From contig JAUCBJ010003856.1 in NCBI GenBank assembly GCA_032718475.1, positions 1 through 51,639 of the forward strand: DNA of 51,639 bases, given 5' to 3'. Positions 1 to 11,770 of this stretch are shown piece after piece; position 1 is the first letter of the stretch; each line of letters opens with the position of its first letter. This DNA comes from Nemertoderma westbladi (Eukaryota > Animalia > Xenacoelomorpha). The notes below the pieces were generated by a model. The model was given only the letters and a program-made list of their open reading frames with translations, ran no database searches and was not told the DNA's origin. Made by a program: the position numbers and the translations under genes.

Positions 1-2319
1 ATGGTATAATGTATGGTATGATGTATGGTAATGGTATAATGTATGGTAATGGTATAATGTATGGTAATGGTATAATGTATGGTATGATGTATGGTAATGG
101 TATAATGTATGGTAATGGTATAATGTATGGTATAATGTATGGTATAATGTATGGTATAATGTATGGTATAATGTATGGTAATGGTATAATGTATGGTAAT
201 GGTATAATGTATGGTATGATGTATGGTATAATGTATGGTATAATGTATGGTATAATGTATGGTATAATGTATGGTATAATGTATGGTATGATGTATGGTA
301 TAATGTATGGTATAATGTATGGTATAATGTATGGTAATGGTATAATGTATGGTATAATGTATGGTATAATGTATGGTATAATGTATGGTAATGGTATAAT
401 GTATGGTAATGGTATAATGTATGGTATGATGTATGGTAATGGTATAATGTATGGTAATGGTATAATGTATGGTATAATGTATGGTATAATGTATGGTAAT
501 GGTATAATGTATGGTAATGGTATAATGTATGGTAATGGTATAATGTATGGTAATGGTATAATGTATGGTAATGGTATAATGTATGGTATAATGTATGGTA
601 ATGGTATAATGTATGGTAATGGTAATGGTATAATGTATGGTATAATGTATGGTATAATGTATGGTAATGGTATAATGTATGGTAATGGTATAATGTATGG
701 TAATGGTATAATGTATGGTATAATGTATGGTAATGGTATAATGTATGGTATAATGTATGGTATAATGTATGGTATAATGTATGGTAATGGTATAATGTAT
801 GGTAATGGTATAATGTATGGTATGATGTATGGTAATGGTATAATGTATGGTATAATGTATGGTAATGGTATAATGTATGGTAATGGTATAATGTATGGTA
901 TAATGTATGGTATAATGTATGGTATAATGTATGGTATAATGTATGGTAATGGTATAATGTATGGTAATGGTATAATGTATGGTAATGGTATAATGTATGG
1001 TAATGGTATAATGTATGGTAATGGTATAATGTATGGTAATGGTATAATGTATGGTAATGGTATAATGTATGGTATGATGTATGGTATAATGTATGGTATA
1101 ATGTATGGTATAATGTATGGTATAATGTATGGTATAATGTATGGTATAATGTATGGTATAATGTATGGTATAATGTATGGTATAATGTATGGTATAATGT
1201 ATGGTAATGGTATAATGTATGGTATAATGTATGGTAATGGTATAATGTATGGTATAATGTATGGTATAATGTATGGTAATGGTATAATGTATGGTATAAT
1301 GTATGGTATAATGTATGGTATAATGTATGGTATAATGTATGGTATAATGTATGGTATAATGTATGGTAATGGTATAATGTATGGTAATGGTATAATGTAT
1401 GGTAATGGTATAATGTATGGTATGATGTATGGTATAATGTATGGTAATGGTATAATGTATGGTAATGGTATAATGTATGGTAATGGTATAATGTATGGTA
1501 ATGGTATAATGTATGGTAATGGTATAATGTATGGTATGATGTATGGTAATGGTATAATGTATGGTATGATGTATGGTAATGGTATATTGTATGGTAATGG
1601 TATAATGTATGGTAATGGTATAATGTATGGTATGATGTATGGTAATGGTATAATGTATGGTGATGGTATAATGTATGGTAATGGTATAATGTATGGTATG
1701 ATGTATGGTATAATGTATGGTATAATGTATGGTATAATGTATGGTATAATGTATGGTATAATGTGATGGTATAATGTATGGTATAATGTATGGTATAATG
1801 TATGGTAATGGTATAATGTATGGTAATGGTATAATGTATGGTAATGGTATAATGTATGGTATGATGTATGGTATAATGTATGGTATAATGTATGGTATAA
1901 TGTATGGTATAATGTATGGTATAATGTGTGGTAATGGTATAATGTATGGTAATGGTATAATGTATGGTATGATGTATGGTAATGGTATATTGTATGGTAA
2001 TGGTATAATGTATGGTATGATGTATGGTATAATGTATGGTAATGGTATAATGTATGGTAATGGTATAATGTATGGTAATGGTATAATGTATGGTATGATG
2101 TATGGTAATGGTATAATGTATGGTGATGGTATAATGTATGGTAATGGTATAATGTATGGTATAATGTATGGTATAATGTATGGTATAATGTATGGTATAA
2201 TGTATGGTATAATGTATGGTATAATGTGTGGTAATGGTATAATGTATGGTAATGGTATAATGTATGGTAATGGTATAATGTATGGTAATGGTATAATGTA
2301 TGGTAATGGTATAATGTAT
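1..2319. repeat. Minisatellite array of mixed 12-bp (ATGGTATAATGT) and 18-bp (ATGGTAATGGTATAATGT) units
   Basis: Directly visible tandem units, with no C on the + strand; the array runs off the left edge of the window. Confidence 0.98.
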
Positions 2320-2560
2320 ATACGCCAGTATTTTTCTTTTAAACTGTGCGTATCAATTTCACCACCGTATTTATTTTCATTCTTTTAGAATATCGAATAT
2401 AGTGATTGATACATGAAATAAATAAACGGAAGGTTTTATAATATGAATAGGCCTATTTATTCCAAAGGCCATAGCCATACTGTACACTAGGCTATCATGT
2501 ATCATGCTCTTGTGTATTGAGAGTACGCCAAGTGCGCCGCGCGCCAACACGGTAGAATAA

Positions 2561-2990
2561 GGATCGGCATGCTGCATTGCAGCTGCATTTTTAAGAATTC
2601 TGTGCCGGCTTGTCGACAAAATTGCGCCGCCACAACTCCCTATCACCCATGACGTTTGCTAGATCATCCGCATCTTCAAGGCCAGTGTCCTTTAAGATGC
2701 GTCTCAAAAAAGTCATGGGCTGTCCACCATGCTTATTCACTCCATGAGGCCGTCAAATCACAAAATTATGCACATGCTGGTCCTCACGACGAAAGCAATA
2801 TCCTGCAAAGCGGAGGCGGCTTTGTTCTAGTGTTAAGCTTGGAGGAACCAATGCGACACCTCCAATGTTTTATAGTGTCTGGTTGGAGATCTGTGAATTG
2901 TACTTGTAGGACGCTACCAGTTAGTTGCCAGTCCAGACCTGGATATTTAAGCTCAGATATGCGCAGATTTTATTCCTCGACAATTTTATT
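2561..2990 (-). mobile_element. 3' end fragment of an RTE/RTEX-like LINE (degenerate)
   Basis: The minus strand encodes QSRLRFAGYCFRRE...HGGQPMTFLRRILKDTGLEDADDLANVMGDRELW, resembling the C-terminus of RTE-clade ORF2. The same 3' end recurs at ~11197, ~13262 and ~14926. Confidence 0.75.
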
Positions 2991-3250
2991 AAAGAAATGA
3001 AAAAGGGAAAAGGAAAATGAGCATTGGGCATATGAGCCATCACCATATGGGGTTTTTGGGATGCTGAACACTGTAATATATGTTCATAATGGCATTTTTG
3101 GATATGCGTCAATGCGTGGCACGAAAAATACAAGTAGCACAAGTTTGATAATAAAAAATCATTAAGAAATCAACCTGATTTTAAGACATATGGATTTTCT
3201 GGGACGTTGACCACGAATATGACACTCATAAATCTAAAAAAATCATAAAT

Positions 3251-3320
3251 AAAATCTAATTTGGTTGGATAAGTTGGATATATTTAAATATATCCAACTT
3301 ATCCAACCAAATTAGATTTT
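3251..3320. repeat. Perfect 70-bp palindrome with no spacer
   Basis: AAAATCTAATTTGGTTGGATAAGTTGGATATATTT is followed immediately by its exact reverse complement. Confidence 0.97.
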
Positions 3321-3349
3321 CGCCTTTTGAAATTTTATGCTACTTGTAC

Positions 3350-3830
3350 TGTATTTTGCGTCCCAACAGTCAAGCACCAAAATCTATAGTTGCGTTACCA
3401 CGAATGATTTTTAACGAGTTGTATCGTGATCAGCGACCTTTAAAACCAGTATAGCTTCAGAATAACCAAACCAAAGGCAGAATTTAAGAGTTTGTTATTT
3501 TTTGAAACTTGTAGGCATGCTTTTCGTTCTGGGGTACCAGAATGGCACCAAATTTGGGTTTGCATTACCAGTAATGTTTATAACTATTTTCTTTGTGATC
3601 AACGACTTCGAAATCCCTTATACCTTCAGAATTATCAAACCAAACACAAATTTTAAAATTTTTATTTTGACAATATTTTACTTGTAACTTCCAGGTGTTC
3701 TATCGTGATCAGAGACTTCGAAAATCAATATACTATCAAAATTTGAATTTTTGACCCAACATCCAAGATCTAAAAATCTTCTAAAATGAGCCAATTACGT
3801 AGTAAAATAGCCCGGGCCAGAAAGGGTTAA
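3350..3830. mobile_element. Possible right end of a piggyBac-like non-autonomous DNA transposon
   Basis: Ends ...GGCCAGAAAGGG|TTAA (TTAA at 3827-3830) and is preceded by subterminal repeats (T)CGTGATCARCGAC at ~3424, ~3594 and ~3703. No matching left end was found. Confidence 0.35.
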
Positions 3831-4210
3831 GCGATCCAAATAGTCCATGGGCCAGCCAGCATAGTGGATACTTTTTGGTAACCATCTGGAACTTATATTT
3901 TTGGGAAGACCTAGCTTCTGGCCATTCAATTTGATATGATAACAAATCTGAATCGGTAGCTGACTTGGTGTTATCACTGGTTGTCATGGAAATTGTAAAA
4001 CAACAAACATGCTGTAGTATTCTAATAACTCGATATAAATTCATCGCATCTTTTGAAAAAGATAGCTACTGGTCTAACAATTCTAAATGTGACATAAAAT
4101 TCTGGAATATAACTATTGTTACCATGGGAACGCTGCTAAATAAAAACTGACATGTTTTAGAAAAATAGCTATCATTCTAGAACAATAGAATTATTTTAAA
4201 AACAAATTGC

Positions 4211-4758
4211 TGTGACGGGATCCGAGAATCCCGACCGGTGTTGTTTATGTACGCGTCAGCCGCACCGTGTGATGGAAAAAAGGAGTTCGTTATTGTTCCG
4301 ATGTTATTGATAGATGTATAAAATATAGTATACGATGAACAGATGTAAGTATAATGGCAGATAGCACAACCAGTAATATATGGTAACTAATAGGTGACGG
4401 CGGCGACGGTCTTAAACTGTCACCATACTGCCGTGACTGTACTGAGATAACTGAAGTGAATAACTAAACATCAACCGGTAATATACTCTAGGTTGGCCGT
4501 ATTACTCAGCTGATGCCCTGCTGTCCCCCCATTGGCTAGTAACCTAATTCTCGCCCTGAACTTTGTGGGAGTGTTTCCCCCCCGCTGCTGTTACTCTCTC
4601 TCCTTGACCTCTAACCTCTATTGTCTGAGGCCCTTTGGGGTTTGTCGTCCCCGCTTATTGGGGAGACACGAGGTTGATTGGTAATCAACCTCGTGCTCCC
4701 AATATTGCTTAAAGCCAACTTTGTGTGGGCCTGGTTAGCGGAATTGAATACGCTAACA
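4211..4758 (-). repeat. 3' LTR of the 4211-9887 element
   Basis: Direct repeat of 9328-9887, adjacent to the PPT. Confidence 0.95.
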
Positions 4759-5889
4759 CTCCCCCCATGCTATCTTCCCGGTGAGAAGATAGCATCCACC
4801 TTTAGTGCGCTACAATTCCACTGGATCCCGATCTACCATCGGGTGTGGGGTGGAATTAGTTTCTTCGGAGCCGGCTTTCCAGGCCGCTCCCTATGGGTAT
4901 GATATCGCTACCCCGTTTTCCTGGCGTCCCGTGTCGGGCCGATCGTGACTTCCTCTCACACGACTTTTGTTTCCCCAACACTTTCACCGCTAACTCCGCT
5001 CCACTTTCACCCTAACTCTTCCATACTCTCGGACCTCCTCGTCCCTCACTCTGCCTCTTGCTTCTCCCCCCCCCCCCCCCCCCCCCACACTTGAATTGCA
5101 CCCGCACTCTCTCCGCGCTATCTCCACACCACCTCTCGCTATCTCTCTTGCGTTCTCCTCTCATACTCTTCTCACATTCCCCTCATACTCCTCTCATACT
5201 TCTCTCATACTCCTCTCATACTCCTCACTCTCCACGCCTGTGGTCCCACCAAGTGCCCCTCCTACTCGTATCCCGGTAGTGCCCATCTGCACGATTCTTA
5301 TCCCGCAGGATACGAGCTTTCACAATAAATCCTGGACTCCGCCCTGTTGTTTAATGACCACACACTTATCGGGTCCCACACATGTGTGCACCATGTTACT
5401 GGGAGCCGTCTAAGTCCCGTCCTGTCGCCCTAGTCAATTAGTCCCCAGTCCCAGTAGCTAATTGGAAAAAGGTTGTGCTTGACTACGGTACATACTGTAT
5501 AATATATATACGAATATTATATAATTATTATAAGATTATAATTATTGTTATTATATATATTATATTATAAGCTCGTCTACATAACGCGTTTCATTCCTAC
5601 TACTCACTACTCTCTCTCCGCCTTCCTCGCCTGGCGACTTCTTCCAGTCGCTTCCCCTCAAGTCTATCCGCTTCCGGCTTCTCCCACCTCTGATATGTGT
5701 AATCCACCTCCCTGTCTACTAGATGCCGGCTGTTGTATTACACCGACTCGCCCTCCAGCCCCGGGTGGTCTACCAGACCTCCGAAGGCCCTTCTGTAGTT
5801 TGGAGGTGATCCTGATATTCTTAACTTTTATTTTTAATTTTGTCTTACCCATGTTCCCCCTGTCTGTGCTATTATCCTATCTGCCCTTT

Positions 5890-6722
5890 CTAGCTACTAC
5901 TTCTACGGTCTCTACTCTCTTACTGCTAACTCTACTGACTCCACTAGTTCTACTAACTCTGCTAACTAGCTCTACTAACTCTACTCCACTAGCTCTACTA
6001 ACTTCCTAGCTCTCTAACTCTGCTGACTCTCTAACTTCTACTAACTCTCTAACTCTACTACCTCTACTGACTCTCTACCTCTACTAACTCTACTGACTCT
6101 CTACCTCTACTAACTCTACTGACTCTCTACCTCTACTAACTCTACTGACTCTCTACCTCTAACTAACTCTCTACCTCTACTAAGTCTCCAACTCTCTAAC
6201 TTTCTACTTCTGCCAACTCTACTGACTCTCTACCTCTGCTAACTTTCTAAGTAACGGTACTACGTACCCTCTTACTACTCTTACTAACTCCTCTAACTAT
6301 CGGTACTACGTACCCTCTTACTACCCCTACTAACTCCTCTAGCTAACGGTACTACGTACCCTCTTACTACCCCTACTAACTCCTCTAGCTAACGGTACTA
6401 CGTACCCTCTTCCTCTACATCTACTCCCTCTACTCTATCTACATCTTATCTCCTGCACGTGACGCTCTGAGTGCCGGCAAAGTGGGTATGTTAATTATGT
6501 GAACTACTACTAACTCTTACTAACCGGTACTACGTACCCTCTTACTAACCTCTAACTCCACTAACTCTTACTAACTGGTACTACGTACCCTCTTACTAAC
6601 CTCTAACTCCACTAACTCTTACTAACCGGTACTACGTACCCTCTTACTAACCTCTAACTCCACTAACTCTTACTAACCGGTACTACGTACCCTCTTACTA
6701 ACCTCTAACTCTACTAACTAAC
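5890..6722. repeat. CT-rich low-complexity tract and 46/51-bp tandem repeats inside the LTR element
   Basis: (CTCTACTAACT)-like microrepeats are followed by units containing GGTACTACGTACCCTCTTACTA, repeated about 8 times. Confidence 0.9.
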
Positions 6723-8760
6723 TCCTTGTGCCCGGCACCTCTTGTGCCCGGCACCCACCCTAATTAACATACCCTGCTCTTACATCAAACACGTCATCAC
6801 GCCCGTGCCCTACTTATTTCAACGCACCCCCTGTACCCTTCTCATCTCTCCCATCTTTCTCCCTTCTAGCTCACCCTACTTGTTCTCCCTACGTTCTTGG
6901 TTGTTTATACTGCGGATATTTGTAATGAGGGAATGTCACCCTGCCCCCCCCCCCCCCCCACCGGTGTTATGTTTGGTACTGGGGCTGATGTTAATATATT
7001 GGGGCCCATCCATCTATCTGCAATATCCCCCTCAACCGGGTATTTGCATATATTTGTTCTTGGTTGTTTATATTGCTTATCCGCAATATCCCCATCAACC
7101 GGGTATTTGTTGTGTCCCTGGATATTATAGTCATGCTGCTGTGCCGGTACCGATGTAGGCCTATCCACTTCTGGCCTACCTACCGGTATGTACTCCGCGA
7201 CCTCCGGGTTTAATCCCGTCGTTCGCGCTACCCTATCGCCTACACTATCTCTCCCAGCATGGCCTATAATAGTATGTGCAGTAAGGCCTACAGTATGTCG
7301 TGCAGTCTGCATGTGCCCTTCCGAACCGAAGTTTAATTCTCTCGAATTCTCGAATCTCCCCACGACTACCATACTCTCGGTCGGTAGCTATATCCCGTCG
7401 GGAAGTTTCTTTTCGATCCCCGCTTCTATTCTCGTCTTCGTATCGGTACACTCTGTACCGCTCTCCTGGCGTGCGGTGCGTTTCTCCGGGGCGACAGAAA
7501 TCTCCCGGAGTTCGACCCCACTGACTCCCTAACTCCATCTCTACTCCACCACTCTCCATCGCCGGGCGCCGCGGCTCACCCAACTCGCCCCGCGCACTAT
7601 CCGCCGACGCCTGTGGGACATTCTCTGCCCCCCCCCCCCCCTCTCGCTACTAATCTCTCGTGGTGGGGCGCCCGTAGCCCCCCCCCCCCACCCGCCACTT
7701 CTAACTGCACTATCTCTTACTACACTTTTGCGTCCCTCTCTAGTCGACGCACTGTCTCTACTGCGGCTGGGTCTATTCACCCCCGCCTCTCTCTCTACTA
7801 CTGCGTGGCCTACCAGGCCCACCTCGGGTTGACTCAACCCCGTCACTCCCTGCCTACTAACTACGTTGCCTTGCAGGCTACCGTTGGCCGGACCATCTGT
7901 GTCTACATTAGTATTAATAGCCCCGTTATCAATATTATTATTTAAATCATTTAAATTCGAATTATTATTATTTTCTAAATTTAAATTATTACCGGTATTC
8001 GAATTATTTGGATTTAAATTATTATTTAGATTATTTGAATTATTTTGTAAATTCGAACCTACATTATTTAAGTTACTTTCTACATTTATATTGAAACCGT
8101 TCATATTTAAATTACTACTTGGGCAAAATATTATTTCCTGCAATGAAAGTTTGGTTAGAATTATCCACTACGGTACTATTAATATTAACGTTCTCTAATC
8201 TATTGTTATTACCCCCCCCCCCCCCCCCCCCCCGCCCGTACGGTTACACCAGTCTTGGGTCTGTCGTCTGGTCCCTGTAAGTGGGGTATTAGCAAACGTT
8301 TCTCTCTCTCCATCCTCCCGCAGACTTTGCTCGGCCAACTCTGTCTCTCTCGCAACCCTCTCAAGCCACCTCGCCTCGCGCTCTTTACACTCGCTCGCCC
8401 TTCTCGCCTCACTCTCTTTACGCTGACACGCCAGATTTATTTCTAACACCCTTCTTTCTTTTGCGGAGGATGTAGCAGACTTAGACTTATCGGTTGCGAC
8501 GGACTCCCGTCGCCCCTCCGTCCTACTAACTTTCCCCCGCTTTCCGGGGTTCTCGCTGACCGACGGGACCGAATCCTCGGAGTTAACCTCGGATTCGCCC
8601 TCGTGCGGTCCCGCCCAACCCACTAACTTAACTCCCCTGGCATCAACTAAGTATGGCCCTATGTACACTACACCAGGCTCCATACCCCTACATTCCCACA
8701 GTTCAAACAGTTCGCTGGCGACCCCTCTCGCTCTCTCACTCGGCTAGTTCTCCCTGCCCG
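6720..8760 (-). pseudogene. Fragmented gag N-terminal-like coding region of the LTR element
   Basis: A chain of minus-strand ORFs (8195-8683, 7541-8143, 7245-7583, 6905-7372) is broken mostly near poly-G runs. It contains a charged coiled-coil (SSAKERRVLEINLACQRKESE...), a PAM2-like LNPEVAEYIP, and a decayed CxxC (CLNC) upstream; similar features occur in BEL/Pao Gag N-termini. Confidence 0.45.
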
Positions 8761-9327
8761 AAGCGCACTCAGATAATCAAAATGTTTATTCGACTCACCT
8801 AGCCGCTTCTCTAGCTTCACCTGGTCCAGTCTCTCGCTCCCTCCTTAGCTTCCTTTATCTGCCTTCTCGTCGCGTCGTAGGCTTGTAGGCCCGTCGGAGC
8901 TGGTCACTGACCCCGACGTCCCCGTCGCCGACGCTCCCTCTTTCTCTCCGTGTTCGCTGTCGTACTGGCGGCCCCACCGTCGCCGTTCCGGTGGGCCGTC
9001 TGTCGCCCTCGGCCTGTGGCTGGCCGGCGACATCGGCACGTCGACCGCCGTCGTGTGTCGACTCGTCTCTCCCTTCTCTCGACTCGTCTCTCCCTTCTCT
9101 CGACTCGTCTTCTCGTCCTCGTTGTAGACGGCCCCCCTCCGCTTGGATTGCCGGGTCGTTCGTCGTCGACGAATCCAGCCTCGTGGGTCGATACCGTCTC
9201 GCCGTGGCCTCGCGGATCGTTATGTTGTCGTCCGGGGTCCGCGGCGGTGTCGTCTCTCCTTCTTGGCTCATCTTTACTCTGGTGGCTGGCAGTCACAGTT
9301 TCCTAGGCAGTTCTTAGAGTTTAAGAC

Positions 9328-9887
9328 TGTGACGGGATCCGAGAATCCCGACCGGTGTTGTTTATGTACGCGTCAGCCGCACCGTGTGATGGAAAAAAGG
9401 AGTTCGTTATTGTTCCGATGTTATTGATAGATGTATAAAATATAGTATACGATGAACAGATGTAAGTATAATGGCAGATAGCACAACCGGTAATATAAGG
9501 TAACTAATAGGTGACGGCGGTGACGGTCTTAAACTGTCACCATACTGCCGTGACTGTACTGAGATAACTGAAGTGAATAACTAAACATCAACCGGTAATA
9601 TACTCTAGGTTGGCCGTATTACTCAGCTGATGCCCTGCTGTCCCCCCATTGGCTAGTAACCTAATTCTCGCCCTGAACTTTGTGGGAGTGTTTCCCCCCC
9701 CCCCCCCCCCCCGCTGCTGTTACTCTCTCTCCTTGACCTCTAACCTCTATTGTCTGAGGCCCTTTGGGGTTTGTCGTCCCCGCTTATTGGGGTGACACGA
9801 GGTTGATTGGTAATCAACCTCGTGCTCCCAATATTGCTTAAAGCCAACTTTGTGTGGGCCTGGTTAGCGGAATTGAATACGCTAACA
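9328..9887 (-). repeat. 5' LTR of the 4211-9887 element
   Basis: Direct repeat of 4211-4758. On the minus strand, CCAAT (~9647-9651), TATATTA (~9596-9602) and Inr-like TCAGTT (~9566-9571) occur in the expected order. Confidence 0.95.
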
Positions 9888-10149
9888 ATTGCCACATTTT
9901 ATTGAATATTAGTTTTGGAAAATTTTGGTATACTGAGAGCTAAACCTGTTTTGTTATAACGGTGATATATGGTTCCAAAGATATACCCATGTTAGAAATA
10001 TTTTTATTTTTCATCAATTTAATCTCATTCCACTCTGTTTCAAAATAATGACTTTATATTGGTATAATTGGTATGCGATGATGTCATCCGAGCAAATAGA
10101 GTATTCTTAGTAGAGTAGGTAATGTATGTGATACAATTATTGCTGTATT

Positions 10150-10545
10150 AGAAATCATCTTCATCATCTGAGGTATCAAGTGCATCAGTTCATTCCAATT
10201 CCTCCTCCTTCCATTTGGTGCATTACTTGAATTTTTACAACTCAATGCAATGAAGGTTATTTTGTAGGCAGATACGTTAGTGGTTTACATGATGTAGTAC
10301 AATTTCAATACAGCAGAGCGAGAGAGAGAGAGAGAGGATTGATGATGGAGCTGGAAGAACATGCATCCAATCAGGTATTATCATATCCTCCTCATCTAAC
10401 AGACAGACCTACAGTATAATGGACAAGGTACATTGATGATGGATACTAAACTTTTTTCCAAATATACGCTTGGTAGTTGGCTTTGGATATAGGTGTATAA
10501 ACAATACGTACAAGGTGGCAGCAAGCGAAATTTGAATGAACTGAA
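10150..10545 (-). pseudogene. Academ transposase C-terminal remnant
   Basis: The minus strand reads LPPC...KANYQAYIWKKSLVSIINVPCP...IPDWMHVLPAPSSIL followed by a Cys-rich and acidic tail. This matches the LPP..RA.YQ..IW..P.P..W..PAP..C-rich pattern of Academ transposases. It is frameshifted and carries a (GA)n insertion. Confidence 0.65.
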
Positions 10546-10915
10546 GCTCTTGGCGTGATTTTTGACTAACATATTTGCACTACTTGTTTTATTCGTACCC
10601 CAGGTGACACTTTAAAAATTACCAAAAAATTTCACGAATGCAATATTGCAGTTCTATAATCGCTTTCAGCATCCAAAACAACCGCTATATATCGCAAATA
10701 AATTAATTTTAGTGAATTATGAAAACTATTGAAAATCTTAGTACGAAAGTACTGGAGATGGGTGCCAGAAAGGGAGCACAGCACGAAAACTAACATGACC
10801 ATGTAAATGGCGTTTGCGCTGTTGGATAACCCATTAAATTTTAGGAAAAGTCACGAAATCTCGGTTTTCCAAACAAACCTTACTCAAAGATACAGACTAA
10901 TTACAAAATTAAGCC

Positions 10916-11770
10916 GGGCGCGTATTCCCAATCCTTACACTACTAGGAACACCTCTTGCATTAACACATGCGATTGGTTAATGAGTTATTATTTGATTGG
11001 ACGTTGAAATCATGTAAGGAGTGGAAAGAGGGGTCGAACTAGTGTAAGGTTTTTATAAAGTGTTCCAAACGCTCCAAATAAAATAAACTCTTTAAACCTC
11101 TAGATGTCTAGATGGCGCGCTAGTGTAGTACGATGCACACGAATAGCAGACGGACTATTCATAAGCAATTACTACTGTACAGTGTACAGTACTATAATCG
11201 GCCTGCTGCATTGAAACTGCACATTGAGATGCTATGCTGACTTGGCAAAAGTATTTTGCCACAACCATGCAATCCGCAATCGGCAAGCCAAATGCAGCGT
11301 ACATTAAGAATTATATGCCGGCTTATCAACAAAGTTGCACATGCCACAATTCCCTATCCCCCATGACTTTCGTGAGATTAGCTGCATCTTCCATGCCAGT
11401 GTCCTTTAGGAGGCGTCTTAAGAAAGTCATGGGCTGTCCATCATGCTTATTTTCTCTATGGGGCTGCCAAAGCACAATATTGTGCGCAGTGTGGTCCTTC
11501 TGTGTGGGGGCAGCTCATGCAGCCCTGTATAAACCATAACCCAATGTTCTACTGCCTAGAATAATATCAAATGTTAAGTCTACTCATCTAATACTGTTGG
11601 TGTAATAACCCTTACATGATTTCACCCAATTTCTCCATTCCTTACAGCGTTTGGAACACTTTCTACTGTACCTGCAAACTGAGTATAAAACTCTTACACT
11701 AGTTCGACCTCTATCTCCATTCCTTACATGATTTTTTTCCTACTAGTGTAAGTTTTGGGATAACGCCCCC
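10916..11770. mobile_element. MITE with ~150-bp imperfect TIRs (PIF/Harbinger-like ends) nested in the Academ element
   Basis: GGGCGCGTATTCCCAATCCTTACACTACTAGGA...GTCGAACTAGTGTAAG...GTGTTCCAAACGCT is matched by AGCGTTTGGAACAC...CTTACACTAGTTCGAC...TCCTACTAGTGTAAGTTTTGGGATAACGCCCC. The TSD is not clear. Confidence 0.65.
11197..11540 (-). mobile_element. 3' end fragment of an RTE/RTEX-like LINE
   Basis: The minus strand encodes VLWQPHRENKHDGQPMTFLRRLLKDTGMEDAANLTKVMGDRELW and is homologous to 2561-2780. Confidence 0.75.

Larger units (their letters stand above)
4211..9887 (-). mobile_element. Non-autonomous LTR retrotransposon (likely BEL/Pao-derived) with 5-bp TSD ATTGC
   Basis: Near-identical LTRs at 4211-4758 and 9328-9887 (TGT...ACA). 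ATTGC lies at 4206-4210 and 9888-9892, and the empty site is visible in the opposite Academ TIR (~12245-12262). A polypurine tract ATGGGGGGAG on the minus strand at 4759-4768 gives the orientation. No RT, RNase H or integrase motifs were found inside. Confidence 0.93.

Noticed and set aside
1-2319. Telomeric repeat
   Set aside because: G/T-rich strand bias, but the units do not match TTAGGG/TTAGG-type repeats and are heterogeneous 12/18-mers.
9-2388. (MYGI/GN)n ORFs of 585 and 204 aa
   Set aside because: Minisatellite with unit lengths divisible by 3; no synonymous variation and no unique domain.
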